Source of the DNA: an uncultured Gammaproteobacteria bacterium
Lineage (GTDB): Bacteria > Patescibacteriota > Microgenomatia > Daviesbacterales > UBA10151
Reading direction: 5' to 3'
Assembly: GCA_964489875.1 (NCBI GenBank)
Contig: CAZAZW010000002.1
Coordinates: forward strand, 64,503 to 128,502
DNA: 64,000 nucleotides
The notes beneath the pieces were generated by a model. It saw only the letters and a program-made list of their open reading frames with translations, ran no database searches and had not been told where the DNA came from. This document shows, in pieces, positions 9,223 to 15,792 of this stretch; position 1 is the stretch's first letter, and each line of letters opens with the position of its first letter. The translations under genes were made by a program, and so were the position numbers.

Positions 9223-10158
9223 TTAAAATTTCGGACTCACTCGAACATTCATAAAATGGGCATGTTCTCCAGGATAACACCTAAAACCTACTCTACCAAC
9301 TGAATAGTTCATAGGAACAAATTTTCTCAACAATTTAACCTTCTCTGTCTTTTCATTCTCTCTTTGGATTTCAACTATTTCTCCTGTTAATGGGCTAGGA
9401 ATTATGATGGGGTCTTGAATGAAATAATGTGCTGAGTGTTTTCCATTAAGATAGACATCGATATTACTACCAAGAACGAGAATTCTTACCTTTATCCATG
9501 TTAACAATTTTATTTCATCAGCATATTCCAATTCATCAACCTTAATTACTACCCATTGATAATCAATAGAACCAGGAATTTTAAGATGGAGTCTTAGTTT
9601 TGGGTTTTGTGGGTCTTCAAGATTAATCTGAATCATTAAATATTTACTTCTGTTTTCTGCCCGTACTATCCAACCCGCATTTTTCTCAATGATTTTCGTA
9701 TCGAAACTAAACTCATAATCGTTCCAGCTAAAACCTTTTTTTGTAATTCCTCCATCTGGAGAGTCGGACACGCTCAGTAGGGATTTGCCATCTTCATATT
9801 CAACTTTCCATCCTTCATCTCCATATTCCCACTTAACTAATCCATTGGTAAATTTATCATGGAATTCTCCAGAAACGAGCTTCAAATAACGTGACTTTGT
9901 AAACGCCCAAATGATTGCAATTAATACTAAAAACCAAAAGTATACGGGGATTCCAAATATAGGAACCATTAGATACCTTACTAATAGTTGAAGAGAATTA
10001 ATTAAATAATTATAGATAGTTTCCCAAAGACCAATGGTTTTGAGCAAAATGATTATTGCCGTTAAAGACCCGACAATGCGACCAATACCAGTCTTTAGAA
10101 AAAAATCACCAATTATTTTAAAGAAGTTAAGAAAATAATACCCAAAATTTTTATCCAT
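9223..10158 (-). CDS. Membrane-anchored DUF1080 / LamG-like (concanavalin-type) domain protein.
   Basis: Three N-terminal hydrophobic helices. The C-terminal domain has the DUF1080 pattern 'W..GDEGWKVE..DG.L....YEFSFDTKI...GWIV...' and 'GRVGFRCYPGEHAHFMNVRV' (compare 'GxIGLQxHGxxVxFRNIxI'). Confidence 0.55.
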   Translation of the reverse strand: MDKNFGYYFLNFFKIIGDFFLKTGIGRIVGSLTAIIILLKTIGLWETIYNYLINSLQLLVRYLMVPIFGIPVYFWFLVLIAIIWAFTKSRYLKLVSGEFHDKFTNGLVKWEYGDEGWKVEYEDGKSLLSVSDSPDGGITKKGFSWNDYEFSFDTKIIEKNAGWIVRAENRSKYLMIQINLEDPQNPKLRLHLKIPGSIDYQWVVIKVDELEYADEIKLLTWIKVRILVLGSNIDVYLNGKHSAHYFIQDPIIIPSPLTGEIVEIQRENEKTEKVKLLRKFVPMNYSVGRVGFRCYPGEHAHFMNVRVSPKF

Positions 10159-10244
10159 ATTTTGGGCAGGTTCAACTTAAATTGGTCAGATTAAGAAAAT
10201 TCAGCTCCCTGGATGGGATTTGGATTTCGAAGCCATTATATCAC

Positions 10245-10670
10245 TCAAATCCTGGGAAAATCTACTAAATTTTCTGTTATTGTTTTTGTGATAAGCTTGA
10301 AAATTTTATCTCTATCCTTTGGATTTGATTCAGAAACTAAACAGGCAAGCTTATAAAGATTAATGGGATCAATATTTATCCACTTTCCGTTTAAACTTAG
10401 AAAGGTAAGTATTGCCATGACAGCTATTCTCTTGTTGCCGTTTCTAAATGGATGATTTTTAATTAATGAATAAAATAGAATTGACGCTTGTTTCTCAAGA
10501 GTTGGGTAGAGAAGTTTTTGTTCAAAGGTTTGCTTTGGTGCTCCCAAAGAAGATTCTAGTAAACCATTATCTCTGGTTGAATAATCTGGTATGGGTTCCT
10601 GGTAAGTCATTAACTCTCTGGTAAGATCAAAACAAAGGAATTCAAAATCTTCGGGTTCTAACCATCTCAT
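10245..10670 (-). CDS. doc: Doc-family (Fic-fold) toxin of a type II toxin-antitoxin pair.
   Basis: 'HPFRNGNKRIAVMA' matches the Doc signature H-x-F-x-(D/N)-(A/G)-N-K-R. The size (141 aa) fits. Its start is translationally coupled (ATGA) to an upstream small ORF. Confidence 0.7.
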   Translation of the reverse strand: MRWLEPEDFEFLCFDLTRELMTYQEPIPDYSTRDNGLLESSLGAPKQTFEQKLLYPTLEKQASILFYSLIKNHPFRNGNKRIAVMAILTFLSLNGKWINIDPINLYKLACLVSESNPKDRDKIFKLITKTITENLVDFPRI

Positions 10671-10801
10671 GTAGAGGCAAGTTTTTTAAAGGTTAAGGCA
10701 TATTGTTTAACACCCTGCTCAACAGCTTTTTTGATTAAACTTGCTTTTTGCGGGTTTCGCTTTTGATATTTAGTAGGAGAGAACTTTTTCTTGTCATTCA
10801 T
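10667..10801 (-). CDS. Small basic ORF (44 aa) immediately upstream of and overlapping doc: candidate antitoxin. It is not in the supplied ORF track because it is under 60 aa.
   Basis: Manual reverse-complement translation gives 'MNDKKKFSPTKYQKRNPQKASLIKKAVEQGVKQYALTFKKLAST*'. Its TGA overlaps the doc ATG (ATGA). This position and size are typical of Phd/RHH-type antitoxins. Confidence 0.5.
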   Translation of the reverse strand: MNDKKKFSPTKYQKRNPQKASLIKKAVEQGVKQYALTFKKLAST

Positions 10802-10897
10802 GAGGATATTTTAACATAAAAGTAATTAGTTTAAAACTACAGGTAGGACATCTAGGTAAATTCGGTAGGTTGTTTTTTGGTGGTATAATGCAGCATT

Positions 10898-11503
10898 ATG
10901 AGTCTGGAGCACTTTAGTCAAACGCATCCGGCAAGTCCTGAACTTAGGGAAATAATGCTAAGAAAGAAGGAGAGGGGTAAAAACTCGGGGTCTCTGGTCA
11001 GTCTGTTGGCTTTCGATATGGCTCAGGCAGCAGGAAGTGGTATACAGGAATTAACCAGGGAGTTCAGTTATGCCAGGGTTGCCATGAATTTTGATCCTGA
11101 TTTATTTAAAAGAATGGATCCGAAAAATAGAAATGCTCTTATTCAACATCATGCAGCAGTTGTCTTTGGGGTTTCAGTACTTGGGATTGAGGATGCGTTG
11201 TGGACCAGGGTATTTGATAGAAGTGTGTGGTTTGTTCGCTATAACCTAGCCATGGCCGGTACACCATTTCGAGGTACAAATATGAGAGGAAAAGGTATTG
11301 AAGAGCTACCGGCAGAACAACATGCAACTATGATTTATCATGCCGGAAAAGACAAAACGCTCTCGGTTTTCTTTAATGGAGAGCTGAAAAGTTTGCCAAC
11401 CGGGCTCAGGTCTATTTTAGAGCAAGCTGGCCGGCTGCAACAAATCAGGTCAGGTGTTCTCCCGATATACTCTGAGCGTGCCCGTTTTCTGGTTGGTCAG
11501 TGA
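10898..11503 (+). CDS. Hypothetical protein (201 aa) with elevated local GC.
   Basis: Clean ORF with a 'tggtataat' -10 element upstream. I recognise no motif. It converges on and overlaps the Rad52-like gene by 7 nt. Confidence 0.5.
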   Translation: MSLEHFSQTHPASPELREIMLRKKERGKNSGSLVSLLAFDMAQAAGSGIQELTREFSYARVAMNFDPDLFKRMDPKNRNALIQHHAAVVFGVSVLGIEDALWTRVFDRSVWFVRYNLAMAGTPFRGTNMRGKGIEELPAEQHATMIYHAGKDKTLSVFFNGELKSLPTGLRSILEQAGRLQQIRSGVLPIYSERARFLVGQ

Positions 11504-11988
11504 ATTTTGTGGGAATATGCCGGTCTAGACCCTTCTTCACTTTCAGGAGCTTGAGTTTCCAACTCCTTCCAATAAACATCCCCGGCTATCCCCAACATTG
11601 AGGCGCACTTTTTTAAACAATCTGAAGAAGCTGCTTTTAGGTCATCGGCAATGGAAATAGGTTCTCCGGTAGTTCTGTTAAATTTAATATCTGCCCCGCC
11701 AAATTGACCTTTAACAATGGTGTGTCCCTTTGCCCTGACTGAGAGTTCCCCTCTGACCCAGACTTGTTTTTTGCCAATTTGTTGATCCAATATTCTAAAA
11801 TCCCAATCCCAGCCAAAGACCTGGTTTAGCATATTAATTACATAGCCAACTTCTACATAAGATAAGGGGATTCCTCCCGGCCCCGGCCTGGTTTTTATAA
11901 ATGCCCGGGGAGTTTTTTGGGTAATAAAATTTAACTGGGCCTGATTTAAATATTGAGGCAACACTGCTACTTCGCTCTTGTCAGCCAT
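11497..11988 (-). CDS. Rad52/Rad22-family (phage Sak-like) single-strand annealing protein.
   Basis: 'YVEVGYVINMLNQVFGWDWDFRILDQQIG' aligns with the Rad52 core '[29 protein letters not shown]'. 'DDLKAASSDCLKKCASMLGIAGDVY' aligns with '[29 protein letters not shown]'. Recall-based alignment, not a search. Confidence 0.6.
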   Translation of the reverse strand: MADKSEVAVLPQYLNQAQLNFITQKTPRAFIKTRPGPGGIPLSYVEVGYVINMLNQVFGWDWDFRILDQQIGKKQVWVRGELSVRAKGHTIVKGQFGGADIKFNRTTGEPISIADDLKAASSDCLKKCASMLGIAGDVYWKELETQAPESEEGSRPAYSHKIH

Positions 11989-12059
11989 AATAATATTAGT
12001 TTAATCTTTTCAGATTAATTAGGGATAAAATTAAGGTAAGGGATTTGTAAGTATTGTAC

Positions 12060-12089
12060 TTGACAGCAAAAGGGTAATTTGTAATAATG
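12060..12089 (+). promoter_or_regulatory. Sigma70-like promoter (TTGACA-17-TAATAAT) for the metzincin gene. The ATG lies ~8 nt downstream, suggesting a leaderless mRNA.
   Basis: ttgaca at 12060-12065, a 17-nt spacer, taataat at 12083-12089, ATG at 12097. Confidence 0.4.
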
Positions 12090-12096
12090 CATAAGA

Positions 12097-12870
12097 ATGA
12101 ATAAGATCAGTTCAAAGCTTATTCCGGCAGTACTGTTTTTTACCGCGACAATTCTTTTCAGCGTCTTCTCTTCTTCCGTTGCTTTAGCCAATCATTCCTG
12201 GGGTGGATATCATTGGGCCAGGACCGCTAATCCCTTTACTTTGAAATTAGGTGATAATGTTTCATCTGCCTGGGATCCCATCCTTGGCACCACTTCTTTT
12301 GATTGGAGTAAATCTACTGTCTTGGATACGAATATTGTGACCGGCGGTACCAAACCCCGCAGCTGCCGGGCCACCTCGGGTCGGGTGGAAGTCTGCAACT
12401 CCAAGTATGGAAATAACGGCTGGTTGGGTATAGCGCAAATTTGGGTGAGCGGCCTGCATATCGTGCAAGGGGTGACCAAAGTCAATGACACTTATTTTAA
12501 CACTAAAACTTACAATACTCTTGCCTGGCGTAATCTGGTGATGTGCCAGGAAGTTGGCCATACTTTGGGGCTGGACCATCAGGATGAGAATTTTGACAAT
12601 GGCAATTTAGGCAGCTGTATGGACTATACTTCTGATCCGAGTACCAATCAGCACCCTAATAAACATGATTACGATGAGTTGGAATTAATCTATGCTCATT
12701 TTGACGCCAGTACGACTCTTTCTCAAACACTTTTACATCCGGGTCAAGGTAACTTCGATAATCCGACAGAGTGGGGCAGATTAGTTAAAAAAGAAGGTCG
12801 TGTAGCAGTTTTTGAGAGGGACTTTGGTTTGGGGAACAAATTATTCACCTTCGTCATTTACGCCGACTAG
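12097..12870 (+). CDS. Secreted metzincin-type zinc metalloprotease (snapalysin/matrixin-like).
   Basis: Signal peptide present. 'EVGHTLGLDHQ' fits HExxHxxGxxH, followed by the Met-turn 'SCMDY'. Confidence 0.7.
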   Translation: MNKISSKLIPAVLFFTATILFSVFSSSVALANHSWGGYHWARTANPFTLKLGDNVSSAWDPILGTTSFDWSKSTVLDTNIVTGGTKPRSCRATSGRVEVCNSKYGNNGWLGIAQIWVSGLHIVQGVTKVNDTYFNTKTYNTLAWRNLVMCQEVGHTLGLDHQDENFDNGNLGSCMDYTSDPSTNQHPNKHDYDELELIYAHFDASTTLSQTLLHPGQGNFDNPTEWGRLVKKEGRVAVFERDFGLGNKLFTFVIYAD

Positions 12871-13277
12871 TTAGTCATTGGTAACTATTTCTTTAGTTGC
12901 TTTCAGCAGATTGCAGGTAACCACTAAATATGATTCTGATGTCCAGGGGGTTAATGCCAAAAATGGCGACAATAATCCCGGGCGCGGTTCAACTTCCAGT
13001 GAAAATAATAGTAAACAAACTGTTGTTTCTCCAACCGGCGCAAAGAGTAAAATTCAACCGAAAACAGTAACTACCAAGGAAACTGAAACAGAAAATGAGG
13101 TTGAAAAGGATTAGGTCCTAAATTCTTTCAAGCCACGCCTTCTGCTACACCTGTGAGTACATCTTCTGCCACCGTCAGCTTCTCCGGAAGAAGAACCAAT
13201 TTCCTCTCATTTCCTTCGGGTATTTTTCGTGGTAAAATGGACTGTCACCCTTGCGAAGCAATGGGCAAGATTTTCTT

Positions 13278-15251
13278 ATGGCAAAATTTAAAATTGTTTC
13301 CGGTTTCAAGCCTACCGGGGATCAGCCTCAAGCGATTGATAAGCTTGTACGCGGCCTAAATCAAGGAAGGGAGCATCAGGTTTTGCTGGGAGTAACTGGG
13401 TCGGGTAAAACGTTCTCAATTTGTAATGTAATTGAGCGAGTGCAAAAACCGACCCTAATAATTGTACAAAATAAGACTTTAGCAGGACAGCTTGCACAAG
13501 AATTTAGATCTCTATTTCCTCAAAATGCTGTGGAATATTTTGTTTCCTATTATGATTATTATCAACCTGAGGCTTATATCCCGCAAAGTGACACTTATAT
13601 TGAAAAAGATGCCTCAATAAATGAGGAAATTGAAAAACTTCGGTTGGCCACAACCGCTTCGCTTTTGACCCGTAAAGATGTTGTGGTGGTAGCTTCGGTT
13701 TCCTGTATTTATAACTTAGGTTCCCCGATTGAATATGGCCAGGCAATTTTGGAAATAGGAAAAGGCATGAAAGCGGGAATGCAACAGGTGATGAAAATTT
13801 TGCAGAAAATGTATTACGCGCGAAATGATATTGATTTTAAGCGCGGGACTTATCGGGTACGCGGCGACACAATTGATATTTTTCCTTCATACATGGATCT
13901 CGGTTACAGGTTACAGTTTTTAGGTGATAGGGTAGAAAAGGTAGCGAAGCTGGAAGTGGTCACAGGCAACACTGAGGAAATGTTAGGGACACAAGTAATT
14001 TATCCGGCAAAGCACTACATTACTCCGGAACAAAGGGTGGTGCCCGGAATGAAGCAAATAGAGATAGATTTAGAGTCTAGAATCAAGAGTCTAGAGTCAA
14101 GTGGTAAACTGGTAGAGGCACAGAGACTTCAGCAAAGAACTCGTTATGATTTGGAGATGATCCGGCAATTCGGCTATTGTAACGGCATTGAGAATTACTC
14201 CCGTTATTTTGACGGCAGAAAGCCGGGTGAGCCGCCTTATACCCTGCTAAATTACTTTCCTAAGGACTTTTTAGTAATTATTGATGAATCACATATCACC
14301 ATTCCGCAAATCCGGGGGATGTATAACGGAGACAGATCAAGAAAGGAAACTTTGATTGACTTTGGGTTCAGGCTGCCTTCAGCTTTGGATAATAGACCTC
14401 TTCGGTTTGACGAATTCATGAGAAATGTTAATCAGGCAATCTATACTTCTGCTACTCCTGATGAATATGAATTATCTTTGGCAGGAAAAGATGGTGTGGC
14501 CGAACAATTGATCAGACCGACCGGAGTCTTAGATCCGGTGATTTCTGTCCGGCCAATCCAGGGGCAAATTAATGACTTAATGCGGGAAATTGAGAAGCGG
14601 GTAGTGGACCACGAAAGGGTGCTGGTAACAACTTTAACTAAGAGGATGGCTGAGGATCTGGCCGAGTATTTACATGATAAAGGAATTAAAGTCCATTATT
14701 TACATTCTGATGTTAAAACACTGGAACGGAGCGATATCCTGCAGTCTTTGCGGCTGGGGGAATATGATGTGATTGTGGGAATTAATTTGCTAAGGGAGGG
14801 GTTGGATTTGCCTGAAGTGTCTTTGGTAGCTATTTTAGATGCGGATAAGGAAGGGTTTTTACGTTCAAGAACATCCTTGATTCAGACCATGGGACGGGCT
14901 GCAAGGCATGTAAACGGCCAGGTAATTATGTATGCGGATATCGTGACCGGATCGATGAAAGCTGCCATAGATGAGGTGGAGCGAAGAAGAAAATACCAGG
15001 CAGAATATAACAAAAGACACAATATTACCCCCAGAAGTATTGAAAAGGCTTTGCGGGAGAGGCTGATTGAAAAAGTGGAGGAGCTGGAGGAGAGTTTAGG
15101 CAAAAAAGATCTGACAATAGAGGATATTCCGGCCTCTGAGCGGGAAAAAATGATCAAAAACCTGGAAGCCCAGATGAAACAAGCAGCAGAGCTTTGGGAT
15201 TTTGAAGAAGCAGCCAGAATCAGGGATCAGATAAAGGAGTTAAGTATTTAA
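13278..15251 (+). CDS. uvrB: Excinuclease ABC subunit B (UvrB).
   Basis: 'FKIVSGFKPTGDQPQAIDKL', Walker A 'GVTGSGKT', helicase motifs, a beta-hairpin region and the C-terminal UVR domain 'WDFEEAARIRDQIKEL'. The ORF-track start 13251 is probably 9 codons too long. Confidence 0.93.
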   Translation: MAKFKIVSGFKPTGDQPQAIDKLVRGLNQGREHQVLLGVTGSGKTFSICNVIERVQKPTLIIVQNKTLAGQLAQEFRSLFPQNAVEYFVSYYDYYQPEAYIPQSDTYIEKDASINEEIEKLRLATTASLLTRKDVVVVASVSCIYNLGSPIEYGQAILEIGKGMKAGMQQVMKILQKMYYARNDIDFKRGTYRVRGDTIDIFPSYMDLGYRLQFLGDRVEKVAKLEVVTGNTEEMLGTQVIYPAKHYITPEQRVVPGMKQIEIDLESRIKSLESSGKLVEAQRLQQRTRYDLEMIRQFGYCNGIENYSRYFDGRKPGEPPYTLLNYFPKDFLVIIDESHITIPQIRGMYNGDRSRKETLIDFGFRLPSALDNRPLRFDEFMRNVNQAIYTSATPDEYELSLAGKDGVAEQLIRPTGVLDPVISVRPIQGQINDLMREIEKRVVDHERVLVTTLTKRMAEDLAEYLHDKGIKVHYLHSDVKTLERSDILQSLRLGEYDVIVGINLLREGLDLPEVSLVAILDADKEGFLRSRTSLIQTMGRAARHVNGQVIMYADIVTGSMKAAIDEVERRRKYQAEYNKRHNITPRSIEKALRERLIEKVEELEESLGKKDLTIEDIPASEREKMIKNLEAQMKQAAELWDFEEAARIRDQIKELSI

Positions 15252-15262
15252 TTTGCTTAAGA

Positions 15263-15613
15263 TCACTCTCTGCTGGGGCAATCTGTAGCTGGAACTCCTG
15301 CGTCTAAGTAACGTTCTATTAATTCTTCTTGAACAGCAGGGTCCTGAATTATTAAGTTTTGTTTAAAAAGTTTCTGAGTGTGTAAGTAGTGATTACGAAC
15401 TCCTTTTGCTGATTGACGAAATTCCTCCATTGCTTTGCCTGTTAAGTGATGAATAGTCTCATTGTAAATGCGTCTCTCTTCTGGTGTCAGGGGTTTACCG
15501 GAAGCGTCTACACCACGGTGTAATAATTGATTAAGACGGGCAATGGCTCCTTGGCCTCCAGCTTGGCCTTCCGGTAAGGTATCTACAAATTTCCCTGCTT
15601 CTATTTTGTCCAT
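15263..15613 (-). CDS. Hypothetical protein (116 aa).
   Basis: Clean ORF between uvrB and uvrA. I recognise no motif. Confidence 0.45.
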   Translation of the reverse strand: MDKIEAGKFVDTLPEGQAGGQGAIARLNQLLHRGVDASGKPLTPEERRIYNETIHHLTGKAMEEFRQSAKGVRNHYLHTQKLFKQNLIIQDPAVQEELIERYLDAGVPATDCPSRE

Positions 15614-15792
15614 TTCAGTATATTATACCCTATAATTATATACTTTAATCGAAACTGAGTCAAATCTTGCAAAATAAGAACCTGCTCGCACTTCGGTTTG
15701 AAACTATTTTACCTCGTGCTCGCAGAACCTTGCCTTTTGACTTTGTCGGAAAGGTAGGTTAAAATAGATGCTTAATTTCGGGAAAACTTCGC

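Noticed and set aside
12878-13359. Two small ORFs (78 and 68 aa) in the uvrB upstream region.
   Set aside because: Low-complexity composition, no RBS or signal features, and the second overlaps the uvrB start. More likely promoter or leader DNA (extended -10 'tgg taaaat' at ~13222-13233).
15640-15792. Candidate LexA/SOS box upstream of uvrA (GAACC-TGCTCGCA mirror repeat) and a similar GC-rich element upstream of dinB.
   Set aside because: I could not derive a consistent palindromic consensus shared by the uvrA, uvrB and dinB upstream regions by eye. I mention it under the uvr-cluster finding but do not call it a feature.
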